In this document: one piece after another, positions 31,562-40,310 of the stretch
Position numbering within the stretch: the stretch's first letter is position 1
Layout: the number at the start of each line of letters is the position of its first letter
DNA from: an uncultured Acidobacteriota bacterium
Lineage (GTDB): Bacteria; Acidobacteriota; Terriglobia; UBA7540
Assembly (NCBI GenBank): GCA_963804995.1
Contig: CAWDSK010000003.1
Coordinates: 1,568,001 to 1,632,000, forward strand
DNA: 64,000 nucleotides
Direction: 5' to 3'
Program-made: the position numbers and the translations under genes
The notes under the pieces: model-generated
Database searches by the model: none
What the model was told of the DNA's origin: nothing
The model's input: only the letters and a program-made list of their open reading frames with translations

Positions 31562-32533
31562 TCAGTCAGCATAGATTCCGCCAAAACTCTTCAATATAAG
31601 CCTAATTCTTTCGAGAGGGACGACCTTATCTTTTATGGGTATCCCGAGATAAATCAAGGGGTTGACAGGGGAGCTTCTTCCCACCGTCAGAATATAGGCC
31701 GTTTTATAGTGGGCGTTGGCGAACGTGGGCCGATATGCAATGCAAACGATCAACGTAAAACTGATCTCAGCCGGGATGGCCGCACCTGGATAATGTTCTG
31801 GAATCCAGTTCTCAGCCTGGCGGATATTTTCCCAACTGACACCGAGACTAACATTTTGCGGCGTCACTATTCCCGGAAACACAGTGTCGGAGAATTTCGG
31901 GTTTTTGATCTCTGCCATTTGGACCTCACGACAGAACCGTTCCCGTTCTGCAATCGGCTCTTTCCCGCTAGGCTCTGCGAAAACCTCCTCATCCTTCCAG
32001 ACAAATGCAGGAGAGTGACCGGCATTCTTGACCACGAACTGCAAAGTAAGATTCATACCAGTATTATCGAATGTCAACGGCATGACGGGGGCAATATCGG
32101 CAAAGACCCAAGGGCGCTCGGAGAGTTCCAATTGCCTGGTTGCCGTGTCAGCAGCACGTTTGGCAGCATCAGCGCTGATTCCGGCCTTGTCTGTGGCTAT
32201 TTTCATTTGATCAAGCATCTTGGAATTGATGCAAGCGTAGTAAGCGGCAGCCATAAAAGCAAGCGTCGTAGCGATAGCAATGACCCTCTGTACCCTCAGG
32301 TGATCCTTATCGCTGGTGCGTCTTTCATCTTGTACTGCTTCTGGTATTTGCAGTTCCGCCTTGAGAACTTGAGGTCTTTTCCCCTCCTCCTGCTGCTGTC
32401 GGTTTGCGGCTTCTTGCTGGTCGCGTATGGATCCTATTTGGTTTTGGACTCCCAAGAGTATCGTACCGAGTGCCCGCAGTTCGGCGAGCATCCTCTTGCC
32501 CAACATGAAGATTCCCCGGCTGAAGTCGTCCAT
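31562..32533 (-). CDS. Hypothetical single-pass membrane protein
   Basis: 323-aa ORF with a TM segment, an Ala-rich coil and an ERPWVF motif, a layout common in mobile DNA. Confidence 0.6.
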   Translation of the reverse strand: MDDFSRGIFMLGKRMLAELRALGTILLGVQNQIGSIRDQQEAANRQQQEEGKRPQVLKAELQIPEAVQDERRTSDKDHLRVQRVIAIATTLAFMAAAYYACINSKMLDQMKIATDKAGISADAAKRAADTATRQLELSERPWVFADIAPVMPLTFDNTGMNLTLQFVVKNAGHSPAFVWKDEEVFAEPSGKEPIAERERFCREVQMAEIKNPKFSDTVFPGIVTPQNVSLGVSWENIRQAENWIPEHYPGAAIPAEISFTLIVCIAYRPTFANAHYKTAYILTVGRSSPVNPLIYLGIPIKDKVVPLERIRLILKSFGGIYAD

Positions 32534-32670
32534 GAAACTCTTGTCTTTAACTATCTAATTGAAAGAAAAATAAAGCGTGATTATATACTCGAATAGGTGT
32601 TGCGGTACGCTCTTGCGCTATATAGCTGGTTGAGCGAAGGCCAGCCACTTAGAAAGAGAAAGGAGGTTAA

Positions 32671-33369
32671 TTACTCACGCCCGAAGTCTCTGAACCAACC
32701 CTTTATTCTCTTGTGCTGAATTGAAAGGAGCCACGTTACACAATTAGGGCAAACAAATCTCCTTCCGTACCCAGCAAGCCCTCAACGGAGCCGATCTTTT
32801 CGGTCTGCGACCTCGTAATTCCAGAACACCAACCCTTTCTCCTTCTGAATGGCTCGATCAACATCCTCTCGTATTACCTTGGCATAGAGGTTCTTGTCAT
32901 CACCGGTTTCAAAGAATGAGCTACATAACCCACATTTTGCCACCGCGAGGTTCTCTAGCAACCCTAAGTTAAGCCTCGGGATTGGGTTATAAAAGGGACT
33001 GGACAGAACCTCGGTGCATTTTCTTTTCCGAATCCGAATGAGCCCTACACCGAGATGCCCGGCGACTTGTAATTCTTCTGGTGTGAATGACTTTTCTCTT
33101 ATGTCGGCCAAATAAACCCGGTTCGCGTAGACGTTGTAACTCAGAGTCTGTCCACAAGCTCGTGCGAAGGGATCATGCCCACGCTTTACTTCGATAATTA
33201 TCATTTCCACATCGCCAGAGAGGTCTCCACCGACATCCCGAACACCAATAATGTCGGCGATGCTGTAGCTTCTCAGGCCTTTGTTTACATCTACCTTGAA
33301 GCAGAGAAATTGTTTTTTCATCCATTTCTTAACAACTGGATACAGGGTTTTCTCAAGTAGGGGTTTCAT
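32671..33369 (-). pseudogene. PD-(D/E)XK nuclease-like protein with split CxxC..CxxC zinc finger, interrupted by an in-frame TGA at 32782-32784
   Basis: IADIIG...IIIEVK...ACGQTLSY; CGLC before the stop; the same frame continues GLAGYGRRFVCPNCV...RE* to 32671. Confidence 0.7.
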
Positions 33370-33427
33370 GCTGTGAGAGTGTACACGGCGCGGTGGGGTT
33401 TTCCTATAGTGTTCATCTTCGCGGGCA

Positions 33428-33515
33428 GGTTGGCGCAGAGCACAGATCTCCGTTGTTGTGCACAAGGTGGGCAGGCTCAGAGACGTGAGTCGCAGAGCTG
33501 CGCTCTGCGCCAGCC
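33428..33515. repeat. REP-like hairpin immediately 5' of the group II intron
   Basis: GGTTGGCGCAGAGCACAGATCT ... AGAGCTGCGCTCTGCGCCAGCC. Confidence 0.8.
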
Positions 33516-33517
33516 GG

Positions 33518-34144
33518 GTGTGCCGAGCATGTTCGACAGCTTGGAGGTGCAAGTCCTCTACCCAACCTGATGGAGGTGAAGGGTTAGCGAAGCGCAAGGG
33601 CGTCGTCGCGAGGCGGGGTCTGAAGGAAGCGTGGAACAAACGTGCGAGCCGATGGACAAAAACCGGATACAAGGCGTGAGCGTTGGGCGAGCGGGCCCGG
33701 TTTCGCGAAGCCCAATTCCATCAAAGGCGCAGAGCGTAGATTCGGCGGCGCTGCACGGAAGGCGGTCGAACTTACCTCGGGAGATCTGCCGTAGGTCACG
33801 AAGTCGTGACTGAGGGTGATGTAAATCATCCTGACCCAGCGGCAGAAGTCAGCATAGGGCATATTAGTCCCGGTTGATCGGGACGAAGGCCCGAACCGTG
33901 ATCGTGAACAGTAGTGCGCGTTTCTCAAGGACGGCCATGCACCAGCCTATCCGCTTCGGCGGAGCTACCCAGGGACGGATTGGGTGAAGCCCGAAAGGAA
34001 ACTGGGAGCGGTGAAGCCTCCTCGGCGAAACGCGTATCGAACCTCCGGCCCCTGCGGGCTCAAGTCACGGAACCGCCGTATACGTGCTCCGTACCTACGG
34101 TGGTGTGGGAGGGGTGAGCGGGCAACTGCTCCCCCTATCCCGAT
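33518..34144 (+). mobile_element. ORF-less group II intron, class IIC-like (627 nt)
   Basis: 5' GTGTGCCGAGCATG; CAGAAGTCAGCA and GAAGGCCCGAAC (DII/DIII region); domain V GAACCGCCGTATACG...CGGTGGTGTG with CGC triad; domain VI ending CCTATCCCGAT; no RT ORF. Confidence 0.9.
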
Positions 34145-34205
34145 CCGTAACTACCAGCCTTATCCGACGAAGTGCGCCCCGGACGTGCAATAGGTCAAGG
34201 AGTAT

Positions 34206-34773
34206 GGTAGCGCAGAGTCTCATGCTTTCCGAGACTCTGCGGCTTTTCGTTTCTTGGGCGCGACCTCCTCTATTCCCTGTTCCCTGTCTTTTGGTGTGTT
34301 AATAATACAGTGGATGTTTATCAAATTAAGAGCCGCAGAGTGTGAAAGGCACACACTCTGCGCTACCCTTCGGCCCCACCATGGGTTGCTTGGCACGGTT
34401 CGACGTGACGCATACATAAAAGACAATGTATGCGCCACCCACTCATGGTCAGGAGCAGGGTAGCGCAGAGTCTCATGCTTTCCGAGACTCTGCGGCTTTT
34501 CGTTTCTTGGGTGCGACCTCCTCTCGCCTTTCTTGCTGGCCACTCGTCACTGTCCTTTATGACCTCCTCTTTTCCCAATTCCTTATTCTCTGTTCCCTGT
34601 TCCCTATTCCCTGTTCCCTGATTTTGGTGTGCTAATAACACAGTGGATGTTTATCAGATTAAGAGCCGCAGAGTGTGAAAGGCACACACTCTGCGCTACC
34701 CTTCGGCCTCACCTTGGATTGCTTGGCAAGGTTCGAAGTGACGCATACACAAAAGACCCTGTATGCGCCACCC
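34206..34773. repeat. Tandemly duplicated composite REP unit (REPIN, spacer, GTGG-REP)
   Basis: 34206-34440 and 34459-34773 nearly identical; the second has an expanded TTCCCTG heptamer tract. Confidence 0.92.
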
Positions 34774-34920
34774 ACGGGGGCGTTGTGCGTAAACCACCGT
34801 AATCGAACCGCCGAAGCCCAGGTAAACGCTGCGCGACCAGGCAGGGGTTTTAGCTGATCCAGCCCCGTTGACCGCCGCGCAAAGAAACTGTACACTTCAA
34901 ATAGTTGAAACGGAGAGTTT

Positions 34921-35229
34921 ATGGCCACGCTCACAACCCCAGGCAAGAAGGGCACAATCGTGGTTTCTGCCTTGCGCGCCCGCGAGAATTTTGGGAGGCT
35001 TCTTAGTCGTGTCAATGATGAGCGCCGATCGCTCATTATCGAAAAACGCGGAATTCCCAGGGCCGTACTGCTCAGCATCCGCGATTATGTCAAGCTTGCC
35101 GCACCCGAGCCCGAGGTCTTAAGGGTGATAGGTGAGGAGTCCGAGCGGAACGGCACGAACCGGTTGACCTCACGCCAAATCGACCAGATCATCAGGACTT
35201 CGCGGTCGAGAACCATAGCTATACCGTAA
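34921..35229 (+). CDS. Phd/YefM-family antitoxin
   Basis: VSALRARENFGRLLSRV...IIEKRGIPRAVLLSIRDY. Confidence 0.85.
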   Translation: MATLTTPGKKGTIVVSALRARENFGRLLSRVNDERRSLIIEKRGIPRAVLLSIRDYVKLAAPEPEVLRVIGEESERNGTNRLTSRQIDQIIRTSRSRTIAIP

Positions 35230-35438
35230 CCCCGACAAGGCCGCTGGAAGTCACACCCGATCCTGACGACAATGTCTTCCTGGAATGTGCCGATGCCGCG
35301 CGAGCAGACTATCTGGTGACCGGCAACCAGAAGCATTTCCCGAGATTCTGGAAGAAAACCAAAATCATAACGCCCCGAGAATTTATAAGTCTGGCGGCTC
35401 CCCACTTAATGCGCACACACAAAGGCCCTCATCCTTGA
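35208..35438 (+). pseudogene. PIN-domain toxin, C-terminal half only
   Basis: DPDDNVFLECADAARADYLVTGNQKHFP...IITPREF; no start codon and no N-terminal DTNV motif. Confidence 0.8.
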
Positions 35439-35523
35439 GGAACTGGTAGCTACGGAGTCGCCGCGGTTGAAAGTCCGCCAATCTTAATGGTGGGCGACCT
35501 TTACTGTCCGTGGGTCCTCCGCT

Positions 35524-35642
35524 CGGCCCACCCTTGGATTGCTGGGCACGGTTCGAAGTGACGCATACATAAAAGACAATGTATGCGCCACCCACGCGCC
35601 TGAGAAAAGCCCACGGTCAGAAATGCGCTGACCGTGGCTACC
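35524..35642. repeat. Spacer, GTGG-REP and GTAG-REP modules
   Basis: Same spacer and CGCATACATAAAAGACAATGTATGCGCCACCC as 34371-34440, then CCCACGGTCAGAAATGCGCTGACCGTGGCTACC. Confidence 0.88.
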
Positions 35643-35706
35643 ACTACAACGCCAGCCTGTCGACGAAGTGGCGCCGGACGTATAATAGGTCAAGGAGTAG
35701 GGAGCC

Positions 35707-36267
35707 GTGGCCAAGCGTCAACCCAAAATTCACAACCAACTCGGCCGAGCCGCAGTCCGGATCTTTACCGCCAATGATCGCCTGAACCAGATTCTTATCG
35801 AACACCTTGACCCTGCCGTCTGGAAAGCCAAGCCGCCCGGCAAGGTCCGCACCATTGCGGCGATCTTCACGCACGTGCACAATGTCCGCACCAAGTGGGT
35901 CAGGCTTACCGCTCCGCACCTGAAGGTTCCAGCCCAGCTCAACCGCTCGCACTCAACGCCGCAGCAGGCCCGGGCGGGATTGGCGGAAAGCGCCGCTCGC
36001 TGCGCGGAGATGCTCGCCGAAGCGCTCGACGGTGGTGGGGGCCGCGTCGAGAAATTTCACAGAGACGGCTGGGCTAAGCCTTGGCCGGTGGGCCTGGAAA
36101 TGCTCTGCTACATGATTTCTCACGAAGCCCACCATCGTGGCCAGGTGTGCATGCTCGCGCATCAACTCGGATTCCCGTTGCCGATCAAGGTGGCGTCCGG
36201 GATGTGGAATTGGGAAAAGCTGTGGAAAGAGTGCGGGTGGCCGGGCGGCCCCGGGTGCGATTCTTAG
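35707..36267 (+). CDS. DinB/YfiT-family protein
   Basis: IAAIFTHVHNVR, ISHEAHHRGQ; TATAAT and AGGAG upstream. Confidence 0.88.
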   Translation: MAKRQPKIHNQLGRAAVRIFTANDRLNQILIEHLDPAVWKAKPPGKVRTIAAIFTHVHNVRTKWVRLTAPHLKVPAQLNRSHSTPQQARAGLAESAARCAEMLAEALDGGGGRVEKFHRDGWAKPWPVGLEMLCYMISHEAHHRGQVCMLAHQLGFPLPIKVASGMWNWEKLWKECGWPGGPGCDS

Positions 36268-36308
36268 GGAATCGGGCATGGGCCGCCCGGGCATGGGCTG
36301 CGCCAGAT

Positions 36309-36498
36309 GGTAGCCACGGTCAGCGCATTTTCTGACCGTGGGCTCTTCCGTTGGGCCCCACCTTGGATTGCTTGGCACGGATCGACAAGTTCGGTCGAGC
36401 TGTCGACTGCCCGATTAAGATTGTCTAGGCACAACGCCCCTGGGGGTATCGCGCGTGAGAAAAACCCACGGTCAGAAAATGCGCTGACCGTGGCTACC
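36309..36498. repeat. REPIN-like inverted pair of GTAG REPs
   Basis: GGTAGCCACGGTCAGCGCATTTTCTGACCGTGGG ... CCCACGGTCAGAAAATGCGCTGACCGTGGCTACC. Confidence 0.92.
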
Positions 36499-36629
36499 AG
36501 CATTCTCTCTGCTGGATGTTACAACCCCCCTCACCTGTCAGTCGGCTTGTCCAAATTACGCGCATATGGACGGGTAACGATCTGCAGCTCCGCCGCATGC
36601 TGTCATGAAAACTGGTGCGCCGAAGGCAC

Positions 36630-36735
36630 TTTGGAGTGCGGTCGCAGCAGCTACCGCCTTCCGCCTTCGGTCCAGACGGCAAATAGGTGAGGCCCGAAGG
36701 AAGAAAAGCGGTAGCTGCTGCGACCGCACTCCAAG
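36630..36735. repeat. Inverted pair of GGAG-type palindromes
   Basis: TTGGAGTGCGGTCGCAGCAGCTACCGC ... GCGGTAGCTGCTGCGACCGCACTCCAA. Confidence 0.88.
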
Positions 36736-36896
36736 GCGCTGCGCGCATTTTCATCGTCAGCGGGTAGCCTCACCCTTGACTCCCGCGCGTGGCGGCCTCA
36801 AAATGAATTTGGGGCTGTGAGTTTTCTCTGTCGGCATAAAAATCATGATCCAAATTGGAGACGGGTCAGGCCCGGACCGCGCCTCCCCACTAGCGC

Positions 36897-37847
36897 ATGC
36901 GACCATCCTCTTACAACGGCCCTCTCTTCCGCAGGTTGCGGAATCCCAGCCTGGCCTTGCTTGCCTGGGCACTGCTCGCGTGGCCAGCCTTCGCACAAAC
37001 CTCCTCGAGTACGGTCACCTGCGATTCCTATTCCAGCACCATCCTGGGGCACGCCGTAAGCTACTGCGTGGCGCTGCCGCCGGGCTACGATGCGGGCACC
37101 CAGCGCTATCCGGTGCTTTACTATCTCCACGGCCTCTTTGAACATGAAAAAAGTTGGAGCGAGCGTAGCGGCCAGCACATTTGGGAAGACCTGATGAGTC
37201 AAGGCAAGATTGGTGACTTCATTGTGGTGATGCCCGACGGCGGCAAGACTTTCTACGTGAACTCGCTTGACGGCCACGAGCGCTATGAAGACTTCTTCGT
37301 ACAGGAATTTGTCCCGGCGATCGACCAGAGATATCGCACGGTAGCGACCCGCGAGGCGCGTGGCATCACGGGCACCTCGATGGGCGGCTTCGGAGCGCTG
37401 CACCTGGGCATGCGGCATCCGGACGTGTTTGGTTCAGCCAGCGCGCACAGTGCGGCGTTGATTTCGAAATTTCCCGACCCGCTGCCTACCGAAGGACGCT
37501 GGGGGTTTTACGCGAAAGTGCTGCAAGGGCCTTTCGGCGCCCTCCTCAACGAGGCCTATTTTGACGCCAATAATCCCCTCACCCTGGCCGAGCATCCCGA
37601 TCGCTTTTCGAATTTGAAAGTCTACTTCGACTGCGGCGACCAGGACCGCTACGGCTTCGACGAAGGCGCCAAGCTGCTGGACCAGACGCTTACGGCCAAG
37701 GGTTTTGCGCATGAGTTCGCCATGCGCTCCGGCAACCATGGCTGGAGTTACCTCGGCCAGTATTTGCCTTATTCGCTGGAATTCCACTGGAAGATCTTCA
37801 GTCAGGCGGAGGGCGTGAAGGCTGCCGCCAAGCGAGGCTCGCCATGA
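36897..37847 (+). CDS. Secreted alpha/beta-hydrolase esterase
   Basis: YPVLYYLHG, GTSMGG nucleophile elbow, DCGDQD, GNHGW. Confidence 0.9.
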   Translation: MRPSSYNGPLFRRLRNPSLALLAWALLAWPAFAQTSSSTVTCDSYSSTILGHAVSYCVALPPGYDAGTQRYPVLYYLHGLFEHEKSWSERSGQHIWEDLMSQGKIGDFIVVMPDGGKTFYVNSLDGHERYEDFFVQEFVPAIDQRYRTVATREARGITGTSMGGFGALHLGMRHPDVFGSASAHSAALISKFPDPLPTEGRWGFYAKVLQGPFGALLNEAYFDANNPLTLAEHPDRFSNLKVYFDCGDQDRYGFDEGAKLLDQTLTAKGFAHEFAMRSGNHGWSYLGQYLPYSLEFHWKIFSQAEGVKAAAKRGSP

Positions 37848-38755
37848 GGGATCGAGGCCTGCGAACCCTGCTGCTTGCGTCCCTGCTCACGTGGAGCGGC
37901 ATCGCAGGATTTGCTCAATCCGCTGCCGAAACGCGCGTGCTCGATTACATCCGCGACCATCTTGAAGCTGGAAGGCCGCTGATTGTCACTGACCTCTATA
38001 ACAATGTTTTCACCCAACCCGACGAACGGCAGGCTCTTGACAAGCTCTACCGCGCCTTCTTCCGCATTCCTCTTTTTGTGGCAAATTATCAGGAGAAGTT
38101 CGGTTCGCCGCCCAGCCTTAAAATCATTGCTGAACAATTCGATTTGGGATCGCCTCAGGCGGCGGAAGTCCTGCTGCGGGTGATGGAGTCGGACCCGCGC
38201 GTGCCGCGTTTTCTCACGCGCGATCCCCAAACCGGTGAAATCACGCACGTGGATGTGGAGAAGATCAAGGCGGACCCGAAGTTCGGCCAGGCCCTGGATC
38301 GCCAGATCAGCGGTTGGGAGGGCAAGCCCGCGCCGGACTTCACCCTGGCTCGCCTGGGCGGCGGTAATGTCCACCTGCATGACCTCGCAGGCAAAGTGGT
38401 TTTGCTGGAGGTCTGGTTCACGGGTTGCCCACCCTGCATGCAGGAAACGCCTGCGCTCGTGACGCTGGATCACGAAATGTCCGCGCGCGGCCTGGCCATC
38501 ATCGGAGCCAATGCCGACCGCGCCCTGGGCCTCACCTATGATGACGGTGTGCGGCAACACTATGTCCAGGAGCACCACATCGCGTATCCCATCGTCCACT
38601 GGACGCGCGAGAGCGATCAAGCTTACGGAGGCATCGCGGTTTTCCCCACGCTATTTCTGATCGATCAAAAAGGACTTGTCAGGGCACACTGGATCGGGTA
38701 TGTAAAAGCTGACGATTTGCGGCAAGCAATCACCACAGCTTTGAAAGAGAAGTAA
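37844..38755 (+). CDS. TlpA-family thioredoxin with N-terminal extension
   Basis: APDFTL, WFTGCPPC, FPTLFLID. Confidence 0.85.
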   Translation: MRDRGLRTLLLASLLTWSGIAGFAQSAAETRVLDYIRDHLEAGRPLIVTDLYNNVFTQPDERQALDKLYRAFFRIPLFVANYQEKFGSPPSLKIIAEQFDLGSPQAAEVLLRVMESDPRVPRFLTRDPQTGEITHVDVEKIKADPKFGQALDRQISGWEGKPAPDFTLARLGGGNVHLHDLAGKVVLLEVWFTGCPPCMQETPALVTLDHEMSARGLAIIGANADRALGLTYDDGVRQHYVQEHHIAYPIVHWTRESDQAYGGIAVFPTLFLIDQKGLVRAHWIGYVKADDLRQAITTALKEK

Positions 38756-38805
38756 CTTTCCGCCCCGCGCCAAGTGGCGCGTGCTTCGGCAAAGGAGATA
38801 TACCT

Positions 38806-39319
38806 ATGAAAAGCCGGATTGTTTTGGGACTCGCAGTTGTTTTCGCGCTGGCGTGGCTGACGCAAGCGACTCTTGCCCACGGCAACGATCGCGGCAACGT
38901 CAAGGCCACTATCGGCGGCGCGCAAGTGACGATTGACTACGGCCGCCCCTCACTTAAGGGACGCGATCCACTTAGCCTCATCAAGCCCGGCGAGGTGTGG
39001 CGCATCGGCTCAGACGCTTCCACCACCATCGAATCCGATAAAGACTTGCTGGTGGGCGGTACCAAAGTTGAGAAGGGGAAGCACATCCTGCTGGCCCGTT
39101 TTGACGGCCCCGGCAAGTGGTCGCTGGTGGTTTCGAGCAAACCCTGGAACCAATATGACCCCAGCGGGAAAATCGCGGAAACGCCCATGAAGTTTGAGCA
39201 GGCGGCGGATGCAGTTCGAGACGGTCACCCTCAAGCTCACGGACAAGAAAGGGACCGGCGTGATTCAAGTCGCGTGGGGCAAGATGCGGTTGACGGCTGA
39301 ATTCAAGGTCGCCCCGTAA
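38806..39319 (+). CDS. DUF2911-family secreted protein, +1 frameshift near 39215
   Basis: IDYGRPSLKGR, VWRIGSD; removing 1 nt gives AVETVTLKLTDKKGTGVIQVAWGKMRLTAEFKVAP*. Confidence 0.8.
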
Positions 39320-39362
39320 CCGGCACGTTTCTCAGTACGCGAATATCGCAGACAGAATAATC

Positions 39363-40140
39363 ATGCCACCCATCCGAGTGCTGGCACTCTTCGCTCACCC
39401 CGATGACGCCGAGTTTCTCTGCGCGGGAACGCTGGTTCACCTCGTTCGAGCATGGCGCCTCCTTGCACATCGCCACTATGACGGCGGGGGACTGCGGCAG
39501 CACCATCCTGCCCCCCGCCAAGATCATGCGCATTCGCCGGCAGGAAGCGCAACGCTCCGCGGCGATGCTGGGGGCGGACTATACCTGCCTTGAGCAACTC
39601 AACTTGCTGGTGCTTTACGATCGCCGGACATTACTCAAGGTGACGGAACTTGTCCGCCGCGTCGACCCCGACCTGGTGTTCACGCACGCGCCACAGGACT
39701 ACATGGTGGATCACGAAACCGCCAGCCGGCTATGCCAGACGGCCTGCTTCGGCTGCTCCGCGCCAAATCTACGCACCGCCGTTCGTCGTGCTGCCAAAGC
39801 CACACGCGCCATTCCACACCTCTACTACTCCCAACCCTTTGGGAATCGAAACATCCTGGGCAAAGAGGTATTTCCCAACATCGTCGTGGACATTGGCCCC
39901 ACGCTCGAACGCAAAGAGAAAATGTTGGCCTGCCACGAAAGCCAGCGCGCCTGGTTGAAGTTTCAACAGGCTGTCCCGGAGGTCAACGAACCCCTGCGCC
40001 TGATGGCCACACGCGCCGGCGAACTGGCCGGCTTTCGCTGGGCAGAGGGTTTCCGGCAGCACCTCGGCCAGGGATTCCCGCAGGATAATCTGCTCGCCGA
40101 ATTGTTGGGAGACTTGGTGCGGCCGGCCCGATCTATTTGA
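39363..40140 (+). CDS. PIG-L-family deacetylase, +1 frameshift near 39445
   Basis: AHPDDAEFLCAGTL in frame 1; TAGDCGS, DYMVDH, CHESQ in frame 2. Confidence 0.85.
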
Positions 40141-40310
40141 GCCGCTTCTTCCTCAGGGTATGGGGCAACTAATGGGGTAGTACTCCCGGTATTAACTCTC
40201 GAAAGTTTGGCCTGTGCTTCGTTTCTTCCCTCTACGCGACACCCCGCAGAAGTATAATGGCTATGTAGTCTTGGAAAGATTTGACGTCAGGGTAATGGGT
40301 AAACTTCGGG

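Noticed and set aside
32782..32784. Selenocysteine codon
   Set aside because: The TGA is not at a Cys-motif position and no convincing SECIS hairpin follows.
33370..33672. N-terminal 100 aa of ORF 32782-33672
   Set aside because: It is the antisense translation of the group II intron and REP hairpin; the plausible start is 33369.
33914..34070. Intron-encoded RT, retron or DGR
   Set aside because: No YADD/RT motifs in any frame; only a short remnant remains in domain IV.
34206..36498. CRISPR array or classical integron
   Set aside because: Units are long composite palindromes with repeated rather than unique spacers. I found no convincing RYYYAAC...GTTRRRY attC sites or intI by eye.
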